From positions 11,277,892-11,341,891 of the forward strand of contig OZ316894.1 of assembly GCA_973895155.1 (NCBI GenBank): a stretch of DNA of 64,000 bases. Reading direction: 5' to 3'. Numbering within the stretch: position 1 is the first letter of the stretch; each line of letters opens with the position of its first letter. This DNA comes from Marsupella aquatica. Lineage: Eukaryota > Plantae > Marchantiophyta. The translations under genes were made by a program, and so were the position numbers. The notes below the pieces were generated by a model. It was given only the letters and a program-made list of their open reading frames with translations, searched no databases and was not told the DNA's origin. This document shows positions 13,801 through 28,276 of the stretch, piece by piece.

Positions 13801-16800
13801 TTTTAATTTTTCATTGCGTTTAAGAGATCACTAATTATCACCAGCTGTATAAAGAAGTGGGACGGCTATAAAGAAGTTGGAACTTGGAAGGCGAAGAGCT
13901 TTCACTGGAAGGACGAAAGGAAGATCGTACTGCATCAGTTCTCCTTCTTTTTGCGACAAAAGGAGCAAAAAAGTTTTAATGCGAATCATCACCTCAGTTC
14001 TATATTATGCGGTCAAGTGATTAAAGATTGCTCGTCACCTGGGCCCATCCCCGACTCCGATCATGGTCTTTACCGATCGAGCCATTTCTTGTGAGATGCC
14101 TTCTTGGCCAGATTGCCTGCCACGCTACAGAGCAAGTGTTCGGAATGTTTTCACAGAGCAACTTTGGGGATGGAGGATTGTTACTTCCGAACTCAACTGG
14201 ATAGGCTCCCAGCTTTTGGCAGAGGAGGCCTTTCCAAGTTTGCATCATCTAGTCAGGCGTCGATCAAGTCGTTTGATCAGCTCAGATGACCGCAATCACA
14301 CCTGAAAGTATCATTCATGCCCGCTTGAAACGCTTCAGAACGACGTCAGTTTGCCTTCCTCGGCATCTCCCAAACCAATCCGAGCTGGAGAAGGTCCAGT
14401 TCAGATAATTGTTTCAATCATTGTTATGATTAGGCGACAGTTGAATGAAATTCTCGCACTTCAGTATCGTGTTGCTCTTAATTGAAATTCCATTTGCAGC
14501 AAAACCTCGTACTTTTGAAATTTCTTGCTCCAGAGTAGCGTTCTACACACCCAACGGGCAGGTCAGATAATAAGAACCTGGGACTGCTGTTGAGGGCATG
14601 GATCAGAATTTGGCCACGACCTTAAGGTCCTTACTCGTTACCGCAGTAGAACTCTCCTTTACCAAAAGATTCGCGCACGCAATCGGAGAGTCATCGATTC
14701 AGGTTATCCAATGCATCGACAGCCTGAAAATCCGCACTCGGGCCTTCCAGCAGACGGCAAATGATCCCTCGTCATGTCCCCTTCACCGTAAAGCCGCCAT
14801 CCGTGGACGGGGCGCAATCATGTTCTGAATGGTCATTCAGGGTCCTTTTGTGGAGAGATATTTCTCCCTGCCGGACATTTTTCCCTTCCTAGTTCCTTTC
14901 CTGCATGCTCTTTGATTCTTTTAGTTTCCCTGGAAAAGTTTTGCACAGATTTCCATTTCAAGAAACAGTGAATGCTTTGTTCTTATGTTCTCATGATTCT
15001 CTCCTTTATTGGGGTTTCTCACTTTTGGGTTTGTCCCATGTTCGCTTTGGCGTCCACGTTCGTCTTGCAATGATATTTATGCTTCTTCACCAATTCTGAG
15101 ACCCACCACCTGCCCACTTCCCCCACTTACTCACGTTCAGTCCCCCAGACAATCCGAGGCAGCTTAAGCAATGTGTCATTTGCTCATTGATTGACAAGTA
15201 GAGCATTTGACATTCTCCGATCTCGGCTATCGTTTGGGTTCCCACCATAGATTTGTAACATCAAAGCGAACTGGCATTATTCAGTTCCCTACCATCTAGA
15301 TGCCGCTTTCTGATTCTGCAGAGAGGGATGTAGAGAGAGAGAGAGAGCTAGCGAGCCAGCCTCGCAAGTGACGACTATACCAGCTCCACTGGTGTGTACC
15401 GTGTATGCAAAATGAGGTGACGCCTCAACTTCCTACGGTTGCATCAGCATCCTGTAACAGCTACAGCAATTATTAAAACCATTCACCTGTGGCACATGGG
15501 TCCACTTATGCAGTCGGCCATTTTTAGCATTATCCCCTACTGGCTACTCTCATCTACTCTCGTTCCCTGGTTGTAGTCCGTGAACTTTTTAATCATTTTC
15601 CCGATTCTTCTTCGTTCTTTCCACGGCGGCTGGGACCTGCTTCGCCAGCATCGATCCTCGAGCTTCTTCCTTCACGACCGGGCCAGCCACCATGCAATGA
15701 CCATCTTTCTCCCCTATATGGACCGCCGTTGCTTTGCAAGGATGAACCATGAACCATTCAATTTCCTGGCGTCTGTCGATCTAGCTACCAGCTCTGTTTC
15801 TCTTAGGCCTCGATCGCCTGTAACCATCATTTTTCGAAGCTCGATGTACCGCCCCTGTGACGGACCACTCTCGTCTATTGAGAATGGTCCTTGTCATCTT
15901 CTGCAGTGTTCGCTCTCGCAACTCTCGGACGGCGGAATTCTATTCAGACTGACGGATGATCTCGTCGATCTTCTGCAGTGCCCCTCCACATTTCTTTACA
16001 GATTGACGGGGAGCTCCTTGCAGCTGGCTTTCGAGTTGTCCAAACAGAAACCGAGTAAATCAAAACTGCTTGTGTTTTCAATTTCTTGATCAAATTATTT
16101 ACGACGTTCTTCTTCTCTCAAGCTGCTCTGCTTTCTTTACTTACCGGATTACGTCGACTTAACTCGAATCGTCATCAGTAATGGCATTATTCACTTCAAA
16201 TCATGAGAACGTCGGTTCTTTCAACTCAAATCTTCGTTCATTGCTGGAAATCATTCCCTGACTTCGTACTTTCGTTCCTTGCGAGATTGAGAGTGACCTC
16301 AACATTTCGGTACCGAAATTCAATTCTGCCTCTCTGCTAACGCCAAATTCCCCGAACTTCATCAGTAAATGTGTAGGTCTTTCTCTCTAGCATGTGGGAT
16401 GAATCTTCTGATTGCACCGGATGACCGGAGGATCTCGTCTATCCTCCAGAGCGGTCATTCTTGGGACTACTACCTGACGAAAAGGTTTTGTCGATCATTT
16501 GTCAAGTTTGTAGGGCTTTATTTGCTTGTCTTTATCGATCAACAAGGCTGACCACCATTAAGAGCTCTTTCGATCAGAGGATCTCGCCCATCTACCGTCC
16601 TTGCACTTTCTATCATTGTCTACTGTGCGCTACTGTAGGTCCGTAGGCCCCGTTTCCAACTTCCTCGATCGACCGTCCAGAAGCTGCATTTACTCAGCTG
16701 ATGATGTGAGCGCAGGCATTTTCTGTGCTCATCAGCAAAATTCGAGAACGAAAAGCTGGCCGCCAAATCCGTCCGTTTTCGAAGAAAACAAAACGCTTTC

Positions 16801-16831
16801 TCTCTCGTCGCGTGCACCACCGCATGCATGA

Positions 16832-16885
<54 letters not shown>
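16832..16885. repeat. (CT)n/(GA)n microsatellite in a CG-rich, promoter/5'UTR-like context
   Basis: ~27 CT units followed by (CG)n. Confidence 0.9.
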
Positions 16886-16895
<10 letters not shown>

Positions 16896-19559
16896 TGTGT
16901 CCCTCTCTCTCACATTCCTTGCTCGGTCGCTCGCTGGGCCAGGCCAAGGTAACGGATAAACTCGGGGATTGCTGGGGCCCCCCGCCTGTCGAATTGGCAA
17001 CTGTCCTAAATCTTCGTGCCACTCGTGATCGACGGCTTTTGACCACTGCTGCTTTATATTACGTTTGTCTTAGCTCGCTTTCTCTTTCTTCTTTTTTACT
17101 GTGCGCACAGCTGAGTTTATTTCTGTACGATCAAGTAGCTGGGTTATGTTGCCTTGAATCCCCCCGACGTAGGGTCCCAACAAAAGCATATTCTCTGCGA
17201 TTCAAAGTGTGACAAGATAATGACGGACCAGCCATCCACATAGACACAGAGAGAGAGAGATAGAGAGAGACCAAGCTCCATGATCGATCTCAAAAGTCTA
17301 CATTCTTGTTGTGTCTAGGTTAGGTGGACTGTCCATCAATGCAGCTCGAATGCATGGTCTCGAGCCTCGGATGAGTTAAGTACTGTAATTGCTGTAGGCA
17401 CTTACGATTGCTCACGTGAGGTCACGTTAAGTTGCTGAAACTCCATCATCGGAAATCACAATCTGACCGGATGAGTGCGGAGTCGCTCAGGAAATGAAAT
17501 TCTTTCATGCACAAAGACCAAAGAGCCCATCAGTCTCCAACTCTCTCTCTATCCCTAGATGTGGTAACAGGTTCCAAAGCAAACGAAACAATCATCAATG
17601 CTGAGACAAAAACGTCCAATGAAAGTTCGATACTTTACTCCAAACCCAAATTCCCAGAGGAAATTCTTGGATCTATCCAAATTCCAGAGCAGATTCTTCC
17701 AAGCTGTAATAAAAACCAGTCAAAATAAGAATTCCTGTAGTAAACAATTTCCCAATCCTTCCATTTGAAAGTTGGAAATTGGATCCAAGCCTGCAACCAG
17801 CCAAAATAAGAATTACTGTAAGACATTAACTAGCCCAGTTTTAACAATGACGAGACTCGAACTATAGCATTCCTCAGGTGTGTTGTTGATGTCAGTTAAA
17901 TTCTACCATAACTGACAGAAATGACTCTTCGTACACTCTTAGTTCCACAAAGAATCCTGGTACGAAACTCATACAGATGATGATTGAATTGATCATATTC
18001 AATGATTGGGTTGTGAGTCCCTTATTACCAGCCATTCGCCATGGACCAAGATAGTCCTAAACTTGGAAAAGTACATTTACACCTATCCAGATTTGTGCAG
18101 GCCAAGAAATGAAGTTAGAAATCCAGGGCAAGGCACGAACAATTATTTTAATAGAATCCTTGTTCGAAAGTGGACTACACGCGTTTCCATTGTCGAAGAA
18201 AAATGCTTTCAGAGACCAAAACCAAATTTTAAAAATGGACAAAAGCCATGCAAATAGTAGCCTATTGAGATCATTCTGTAGATTTCTTTGCAAGTGGACG
18301 AGCATGGGCCCTACTCAGCTTGACTTTGGGGGTCTTTGTTGATATCTTGCAGTTGACTGCAATTCTGCAACAGGAGCACAGCTAACCGAAGGATTTGATG
18401 ATCCAGTTGCTAATGATTACAGTCCAGCCTCGAGAACGGTGAAATCTCCCTCTTGCACTATTGTGAAGTCACTAGCTTATTATCCATTCCTTGAAGTAAA
18501 TAGAACAGTCACTAGATTACCCTCCTTGAATAGTGAATAAAGGAAAGGAGACAAAAACAACCTTGCAGAAAAAAAATTCTACCTCATTTACTATCCATCT
18601 TTGCCCCCATCCATATGCACCCACACTTTCACTTAGAGGGTTACTGTCCGGAGGCTTCACTTTCCACTTGGACTTTTGCCTCTAACTATTGTAAGTAATA
18701 CTTGAAAGTCCAATAAATCCAGTTTTCCACTACCACTTTTCTTTTAATTTTTTGTTCTAAGTTGGGGAGCGAAACTTCACCAGAGAAATTGCCCAGGGTG
18801 GCTTGGTGGGGGGGGGGGGAGGGGGGCGGAACCTCAAAGTTTAATTTCAAGGGAAAGGTAGAAGTTACCTGCCATAGCGGAGTTGTTAGCCATTCTGATC
18901 GAGTGCCTCAATTGGTCACAAGGAGCCATCAAGCAAAATCAATAGCCAGGGTCAGCCTGCTCACCAGTCACTACCAGTACTTGGAACAATTTCCCCCAGC
19001 CTAAGGGCCAATTCACACATTATCGGCCCTTCAGAAAGCAGCCCTGAAATTGCTACATGTCATTGTTGGGTGCACACTGGTTAGGCAGGCCTGACGGCAG
19101 GTCTTATGGGCACCCAAGGGCAAGGGCGCGAAATGTTCCAGCCCTTGCAGGTCCCGACTTTTGATTGGCTAATAAACAAAATTTGAAGGTTTACAGCCTT
19201 GTATAAATGCTGCACATACAACACAGCAGGGACATGAGCCCCTTCACAAACACAACACGTATAAGCCACAAGAATTGTTTTGATGGTGCTTTTTCTGAGA
19301 CTGGCACAAGTGGTAAGGGCCGCATTCTGAAGGATCTCCACATGCGAGTCAGCCTGAAGCTCCACAAAGGTATCAAGAGTGTGCCGATCATCACTAGTCA
19401 AGCCACCTCTTCCTACTTAAATACTCCTGGGCCTTGCAGGTGTGTGCATACATAGGAGGTTGTATCTGGAGGAGGGTGCATGATTATCTATTAGGGTGGA
19501 GACCCTAACTGTTCACTGTTGTGACCACCTGGGTTTGGTCACAGGCCTGATTTTTTAGC

Positions 19560-19780
19560 ATTGATTGTGTATGCACTTCAGTGAGGTCTAGCTCTGCAAG
19601 GGTGTTGCGGCAAACAAAGCATTCCCTTTGGAGGAGAAAATACCCCTCCATAACTGTCTTGCCCTCCAGAAAAAAAGTCCAGTAGAGTCTCTCCCTGTTC
19701 TATCAAGAGTTCCCCAGTCCTCTTAAGCATTCAAAAGGGCTTGGCATGAGGGTTGACAAAACCATCCTTACTCTTTTCGA
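19560..19780 (-). pseudogene. Remnant of an amino (N4-C/N6-A) DNA methyltransferase-like C-terminal region (motifs X-I)
   Basis: My translation: KDGFVNPHAKPF*MLKRTGELLIEQGETLLDFFSGG, then a frameshift to KTVMEGYFLLQRECFVC. This fits the HP.xKP..L..LI....G..vLDpFxGxG SAM-binding pattern of beta-class MTases. Not in the ORF track because of the stop. Confidence 0.6.
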
Positions 19781-22700
19781 GGCAATGAAAACAAACCATC
19801 CTTACTCCCCACCATCTCAAATGGTCTTTTACCTCAACTCTCCTAGGTCAGCTTAAGGCTCATCCAGATTCTGTTTACCCTTGCTTTTCCCCTTCTCCAA
19901 CTTGCTCTTTTGCATTATGAAATCCAAATCACTAGACCAAATACCAAACACCAAATCAAAACACAAACCAATCAGTCTTGATCAGATTACCTTTGAAATG
20001 CTTTTATTTTTATATATGAGAGCCAGGAAAACCTTAGTGGCAAGGAGGGAAAACCAGCAGCATACTCAACCCACAAACAGAAATATCTCCTACCATAGAT
20101 TAGATATTACACGATAAAACCCTGAAACAAGGAAAGAAGGAGCTTGGACTAAACAATAATATCCCTTAATTAGGCTGAGTCAGCCTGCCACATCTGAGGC
20201 AAATTCCAAGCAGATAGGCATCATAGTCGAGTTCAATTAAATCGTGTGAAAGCTATTTTGGGGCATCCAGATTCTCGCCTGAAATGCGAACCCAGTTGCA
20301 AAAAGTAATTGGACGACATGTGGTCTTCAGACTTCCCACCCAATGACATTTAAGATCTCCACATGCACACCACGAGCTTAACTGCAAATTTTCATTTCGA
20401 GACTCTCGTGATGATGAAGTGCGCCTGTTATTATTACCGACAAAGTACAAAGGCTGGGGGGAATCTCTTCGCTGAGCTGGTCTCTTTCAGTAGAAACTGT
20501 GGATGAAACAAAAGAAATTTGGCCGACTCAAATTCAACGCTGAAAATTTAAAGAGCAGACACAAAATATACGCAGTGAAATTTATCGTTCCAGGCAAAAT
20601 GTTTCCAAATTCGATCGCGAAGATAAGTATTTGGAATCGCGTTTCTGTAGATGGTTCGGTGTTTCCCCGTTTCACAGATTCATCGTTGAAAATTCAAGAG
20701 AATCACCACTTCTCAGATTTCTGGGAATGCGCATTGTCTCGCTTGAGGTCATTTGTCACCTGTCCACCATGGCTTGAACAGAATCTCTTGCACTATGACG
20801 GTGGGCCTGATTGCGGAATCATAATCATTGTCTCGACATTGGGACCGGAACATTGTGCCAAAGCTCATGTCGCCGCCACATTATTTTGGCGATTTCTTGC
20901 GTGCGGTGGTGTAAACTGTAAACTCAGTACTCAAACTGTACAGTCCAGACAATCGACCGAGGCACTGCCATACCGGCAGTCAGCCGGAAGGTCTGCCAGA
21001 CCAGGTGCTCGCTCACTCCGTCGTCGTCTCTGTTGTAAAGCTGGAATGAACTGATTCCACTTCATTTGGATGAATCAGAAATCCATGCAAATTTGAACCT
21101 TGGATGAACGATCTCAAAAGCAGCTTGACGAAGGATGACTCACCCGCATGCTTGTGCGCTCATACTCACCACAGAATATATGCCAACTTTGCGTACATTT
21201 CCGTCAGAAGGCACGGTAGAGCTTCCACGTCAATAGTGACCCCAACATGAATCTCTTTCATTTAGATACACAATACGTGGTCGATCGTAAACGGTTTCAG
21301 AGGATTACATTCCAAGAAAAAGGTTGCGATCTTGCAACGGAGTTTTGCCAGCGCCGAGCTCTGAGCCCAGAACTCTCTCGTTAGCTGACTCTGCATGAAC
21401 ATAGCCAGGAAATATCTCTTACATTACGGCACTTTCAGAGGAAAATTTAAGCAAAGTCTTCCGGAGCTGACTCTGAGTGATCCATTGAATCCTCGGCTGA
21501 CTCAACATGAGGATCGAGAATAATGAAAAGCTCTCGTACATGACTCTACCAAGAGGAAAACCTAAGTCAACAAGTCTTTCACGAGCTGACTGGTGAGTAA
21601 TCCGGTCCTCAGCTGACTCTGCATGGAGTTCGAGAATATTACCAGGAAAACCGGTAAGAACGAGGTATACCTGATTAGTATTCTAATTGTTTTTCTGTTT
21701 CCACCATCATGTTTTGCCAGTTGGAAGTGGAAGTTATGAGAACTCAACTATGCTACCATCAGATTCCCAATTTACAAGACCTCATGCACCGTACAATATC
21801 GTCAGATTCGGAGGACATGAGAATTCAACTCCGACTCTTCGAGCCTGAAAGGAACAGATAACTTACAATAACCTGCGAATTGATTAGAAAAATGATTTAT
21901 TCTTCTTCATTGATCGTTCAGCTCTCAACTTGACCCAACACATCGTCTCGCACTACGTGACCTAGATTCGAAAGTATTGAGGTGATGGGTTGTGCATTGA
22001 AGATGAGCATTGACCATGCATGGATCATTCGGCAACTGTCGTCAGTCGATCAGAGAAAGAGGCACAAAATATCATTCAGACGGCTCTGTCATTAGTTTTT
22101 CAGGTATTCTGATAATAACCATGGCAACAAAATTCCAGCAAATAATTGACGCCATAATTCTGGTCTGGCACTTATACGGTAGGCCCTCGCTTCCTCTGGC
22201 TCCGATCCAAGTGTGGGGAGAATTCGGATGCTTTCTCGTGCCCTCTCTGTGTTGAATGAAAATATCCTTCGAGTCAAGAGTCGAATCGGTATCAGATGAA
22301 CATGGAATTGGACTTCACTTCCAGTACTGCACCCTCAGTGATGGATTTCAGAACAGAAGGAGGTCGAATTCAACTTTGCTTCCCCAATTCCGATGCTCTA
22401 CGTACCATAACGAATTTAATCAAGATTTTCATTGATGGTACTCTGTTTCATCGTCGACGGTATTCAAATCAAGTATTGTATAACTGTATCACACAAGTAG
22501 AGTAATTACTGTACCGACGGGCTAGCGGAAATCGCGCAAATAGGTTTTGTCTTTGCAAAGTATGGTCGGTGCATGAGAGAAAATTGTCAGCGCAATGTCA
22601 GGGCGTCCGAGACTCAGTTGAGTCTGCGGAGATTCTCGTCTGAGCAGCCGCACCATTGCCGCTTTGCTGTGTGGACAAAACATCATGCGTGGCTATCTGT

Positions 22701-25700
22701 GAGTTACGCGTGGCTATTGCAATCTTCTATCTGTTATCGCATAGCTCCACCGGACCTAGCAGTAGACGCTCACCTGCCCTGTCTTCGACCCAGATCGGTC
22801 TGTCAGCGGGATTCCCTGTTTCTGTAGACGACGATAACGTGGGGTCTGGTCAATCCATGTCAGGTCCACTTCCATATCAGTCCCGTTAACCAGAATTAAT
22901 GAATTATCGACGATCCTTTGGAAACCATCCTTGGAGGTCCCTGTAATGATGGCGGTTGCGTCCTGTCACTCTGTCAGGCGTGCAAGTTTGCACTGACCTC
23001 CACAATCCTTTAGTTTACCACCCTTCTGTAATTCTACTGTAGGCTGGCTGGACTGACACTGTCCGAGGAGAATTTGTGCACATGCGCTTGCTTGGGAGCT
23101 TGAGAGCTTGAGTAAAGGCGAGGCGGACTTCGCATGATAGTGTTTCTCTCTCTTCGTGTCTGGTGGTCCTCGTGCTGCACAGCTGCAGCAGTATTCCTGG
23201 AATCTGGAACGGCGAATTTCAAATGCATCTCATCATTCTTGTCCTAATACTTAATGTCTCTGCTTATTGCGCATCTGGAAAGAGTTGCGTAGAGACTACA
23301 GACTCATCCATCACTCGACCACTGACGGCTTTGGAGTTCTCAGTTCTCAGTGCCCCACACGTTGGGCTGCTCAATGCCATTTTTGTTTCTTTGCCTTTGA
23401 AGTTCTCCCTTCTCATTTCTCAAGTTCTCAGTGCTCCACACGTTTGGCTCATGAATGGCGTTCTGTTAGTTTGCTTTGAAAGATTTCAATGAATTCCAAT
23501 CAAACAACAGACAGGCAGAATGGCATTTATGAAGGATAGTTCAGCGACCACATCACCACAATGTTCCTCACACGGCATCACTCTTAACTACTCGACATCC
23601 AGAACAACGAGAATTTCGCACACTGCTCAAGGTACTGCATAAGATGCTCGAATCCTTGCAGCATTGAAAACAAGGGAAAAGACGAGCAATTTAGTGCAAA
23701 ACACCGCTGCGCACATGGAACAGTCGAAACCATTTACCATGGGCACGTGCTCATTGGGTTCATGGATGCTCAAGGCACTCAAGACACTCAGGGGTCTGAG
23801 AACTCTTGATTGATTACTTTACTTTCCTTGCAATGTTCGAATAGCCAGCTACACATGGTAGTGCCTTACGCAGAATCAAAGAGGAATTTCGTTCAACTAA
23901 ATAATCTTTTACTTTATTTTATCTCCATTGGGTGACTGTATGATCTGGAAAATAAAGACCAGATGTAGGTGTCAGTTGTGAAACCAGGATGTACCTAGGG
24001 ACTTGAAATGTCTAAATAGACTCTAGTAATACCTCACAGGGTTTTGATTATAATCTGACCTCTAAACAGGCTCCTAAACTTGGTGATAAGTCACTCCCCA
24101 TGCCTAAACTACTCAGGATATCCTTTACAAAGTGTTCTGTCCATTGGCAGTTTGGAATATTTGACCATTCTCATGCTCATTGGAAATGAAACTAATGATC
24201 TCATTAAAATTTCAAACTTTGTGGAGTAATATATTGAATATCAGAGAACATGTTGGAGAATTTTGAGATTTAATAAACATCCAAAAGCTGTCCAGATAAA
24301 TGAACAAGTTTTGGCAAAACTTGACATTGTACAATTAATTAGGGTCTCTGGAAAAACTACTTGAGTCCTTTGGAAGAATGAAACATCCTTCCAACAGCAA
24401 TCTGTACTTTGTATCCCAGTCCTCTAGGCATCCTTTGGAAAAGTGAAACATCCTTCCAACAGCAATCGGCACTTTTTTCCGGAGAGAAATTGACTGATGA
24501 GTATATGCAGTTTATGCCCGAGTCCATGGCCAGAGGAGTGGCAGAACAAACCTCTGGTCCATCCAAGGCTACTATTCTATAATCAGACTCAAACATTATA
24601 ATTGATCTCAAGCATTAGATCTGCTGGGAGGATGAGAACTTTGAAACTAATATTAATTTTCCATTTTCTTGTGTTTGTCCAGGTGGTGGAGGGAGGAGTT
24701 TGGGGAGTAGGGGTAGGGGAGTAGGGAGGAGGGAGGAGCTAAGGCATTTTGGAGCCAAAAGTTATGCTCTATTTAGAGCTTGGGTCAAGTATTCCAAACA
24801 TCCCTAGCTTGTGACCATTACTCAGATGCAGGCTGGTCCAAGCAGCGTCTGCTGCACCAGTCCATGTGCGGTAAATTTAGGGTTCAATCTTGGCATACCC
24901 GATACAAATCCAGGTGCAGAGCTCCAGTCCATGTGTGCTATGGCGCGTCAGCACGTTATCAAAGCAACTTCAACGGACCATAACATGACATATTGACATC
25001 CATTGGCAACGTGTCTTATAGCATTACAATTAGGCCAATTGGTGCTCATCTCTAGGCTATAGGGTCTGACTTCCGTCCCACTCTCGCGATGATAACTCCC
25101 ATATCTTAGCTTTCTTGGCTAGAGAGAAGTCGCAAGATGGGTCCGTGCCATTCTCCCCAAATGCAAGCATCAATCAATGTCCTCATCAACCTGAGACACC
25201 CTCTTGAGTAAGGCTCAGGCTATCCAAGGGGTGTCCCATATCACGCACAAACTTTTGGGGGAATAAACCCATAAAATTTAAGTCAATAAAGTTGTTTTGA
25301 GGAATTTTTTACCGCCTAGCTTAATGAAATATTCTTGGAATAGTCTCAAATTTGATTTTAAAAACCATATGATTCTTATAATTCTCAAAACTGCATTAAA
25401 ACAACCCTAAAAGTTTTTCACTAAACCCAATAAAAAAACCTTATACTTATTCGCACATGATGCATGGATTGGAAGAAAAAAAGTGAGGACCCTGGGAAGT
25501 AAGGTGACGCAAATTTCCAATAATTTGCAAAAGAAGAACTTTATAGCAAGCTTCATCTTAGGTTAGGTTGTGCAGGAGGTTGTGATTGCACTTCCCAAAT
25601 GGAACCCAGCTTTGCATCTTTCTTTGGTGCATTAGCTAGAACGTCTTATCTCCAGCCTACTCAATAACGCTAATCTAAGTGGTTGTGGGTCCCAGCCACA

Positions 25701-28022
25701 TCAACAGTCACCATTAGTCGACAAAATTATTCAGAAACATCACATGAAATCTCATAATGCTCACTGTTGCAAGATAGTGACAATTTTATACATTTCAAAG
25801 AAAGTAATCATTTGGCCCATTACTTAGTACCTGCAAATGATAATGTTTAGGGTTTGGCCCAATGATGTTGTTTGGCCTCTCTTTCATTGCAGTTCAAACA
25901 TCTTGAAGGGTAGCCATAGTAGGAACACGAGCATGAACATGAGAAAGAATAGCACAAAAAAGAAAGTGTTGAGAGATTAAGCTAAACACAATGAGAACAA
26001 AACAGGTTTCATAAAGGACTGGCACATTTGAATTTGTAAATTCCTTTGACATTTTGATACAATACTCACATTGTCTTCAAAAAAGTGGTGAGGTTGGGGG
26101 GCTATAGTGCCTGCACCTATGCAGTAGTAAATGGTTCTAGTTTGAATACAATAACCACAATGTATTCAACCAAGCTGGGAGGCCGCTTTACAACACCTGG
26201 GTGCTCCAATATGGCCATAGGATCCATTATTATTGTATAGTCTGAATACAATCGCCACAATGTATTCAACCAAGTTGGGAGGCTGCAGCACTGCATTGCG
26301 GCCAGGGGCTACAGTGCTTGTGTGATCCATGCACTACACAATAATTACCTGTTGACATTACTGCACAGACCAACCACAATGTCATGAGGCCATAGTCAGC
26401 CTGAACTGTGTTGTAAACCATTTCACCGGCCAGCACATTGTTGTATGGAGTGGGCCCGGAGGTAAACTTAGAGAGAATCTAAGATTTTGGTTCCGCTCGT
26501 AGAGAATCTTTTGGTCCATTAAGAGAAAAAGCTTTGTTTGGGGGTCCACTAAGTAAGTATATAATTTCTCAGAAGTTGGAGTAATGAAGAGTTGCATATT
26601 GGAATATGTTTGAATATGGAGATGAGAGTACAACGACTAAATGGAGGATTCTAATTGAAGTGGGTCTTGAGGTAGTTAGGACACTAGTGAGGACACTCTC
26701 AATTTTGTTGAAGACAAATAGAAGATTAGCCATGGTCAGAGTCCATGGAAAATTAACTGACTTTCCATATGATACTAATATGTCCATAAGGTCCATGTAA
26801 CATTCCATAAAATCCATGAAAAATGTTACAATACCCAAAGTGTTACTTACCTATCCAACGATTAATATGTGCAAATCGTATGTTTCTTCGCTTAAACCGT
26901 TGGTATCGTATTACGGGGTCGTGAATGGACGCTATTTGGAGGATTTCCACACCTAAGGATGAGTATGTTTAATTTCGCTCCTGGAAGTGTACTTTTTGAT
27001 CAAGTCTACCGACTGGTCTCTCTGTATTTGATCAAGTCCAAGGGACTGGCCCTACCATCTACAACTCATGCCCACCGGGTGAGTGCTGTCACCACCCCCC
27101 ATCCTGGGCAAGCATACAACCGTTTACAATATGATTTGAACACTAGTGACACAGGCAAATGTTTCCACAACAAAACCGACCATATGCACTAGGGGAGGAA
27201 AACAAACAACACAAGCAACAACAAGTGACACACAAAATATTGGAACCTCAAGCCAAATCCATATCTCTTGGTGTTTCCGGTAACACATGCAAGGACAACC
27301 CGGTCTCCTGCCGTCTGCCCAACTCCTGCCTCCCGGGGACAACTGCTACGGTTCTCCATCTCACTACTCTAGCTTGAACTTCTTCTAATTGGTGCGCTAC
27401 TCACAAAAGCTACTCAAAAGCATCAAAGTGCTACGCTGAGTTCCCCCCTCACTACTCCGGGGCTCTCCCCCTAAATACTGGAAATAAACACACCAAAGCA
27501 CCCCTCACGGGGTCACAAAGATGGCGGCTACCCTAGCGGCGCTGCTAAAACCTTCCACAAGGAATCCCTAACCTAAAACATGCGGCACACACATGCTCCT
27601 AAAAACCCTAATCTAACCGCCGGTGCCTTCGACGGTGCCAACCACACTCGGTAGTCACGGGGAAGTGAGGGGGCTACTCAAGGTCAAAAACCTCCAACTA
27701 TTTTGAACTACCCCCTGAGGAGCGCCCTGGATAGCTCTGCTTCCCCTGATCTTGAATCCGTAAATGGTTTCGCAAACGGACACCGGGCGACCAAGTTACG
27801 GGTGTTTGACCCCGCAATACGCCCGAGCTCATAACTTCTTTATCCAGACTCCGTTCTGGGCGTGCCACACCTTGCCGGAATCAGCACCTCGAGCTCCTTC
27901 CAACAAACCCGTGATTCCCCTCATCCAAGGCATTGCAAAATTAAAAATCCGTACGACCAATGTCTGTATGCCTCACTAGTCTTCTCCCGACTCACTCACG
28001 AAACCAGGACTCCACCCCCTAG

Positions 28023-28068
28023 AATCCTCACTACCAGCGCCTTCCACTGAGCGCTGGTAGTGAGGATT
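28023..28068. other. Perfect 18-bp hairpin with 10-nt loop
   Basis: AATCCTCACTACCAGCGC-cttccactga-GCGCTGGTAGTGAGGATT. Confidence 0.9.
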
Positions 28069-28276
28069 ACCGGGGGAGTCCTTCCTGGGGTTTGGCCAGA
28101 ATCCCCCCGTCTCCTCAAGGCCGCCAAAGCTTGCCAGGCCCTAACATAACCCTGGCTGATTGTGTCCTTCCACAGAGCGGCCTCCTTCCCTCCCTGCAAT
28201 TCCAAGGGCAAGACCTGACCGGTAGCCAAAGGGGTTCCTGGGTTTGCTGTCTTGGGTGGCATATCCGACATTCCCG

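Noticed and set aside
16620-17046. ORFs with (RE)n or (SL)n tracts
   Set aside because: Translation of a CT/GA microsatellite.
19240-19320. Minus-strand HHQNNSCGLYVL resembling a Ulp1 Q..CG motif
   Set aside because: Q-to-C spacing is too short and no HW or DS motifs were found upstream.
11300-23500. Host protein-coding gene or miRNA in the UTR-like region
   Set aside because: Scattered splice-like signals exist, but I recognised no coherent exon chain, protein family or conserved plant miRNA. A short-exon gene or lncRNA cannot be excluded.
26900-26915. TGGTATC as a tRNA-Met primer-binding site
   Set aside because: Only 7 nt match, it continues GTATT rather than AGAGC, and it does not follow an LTR end.
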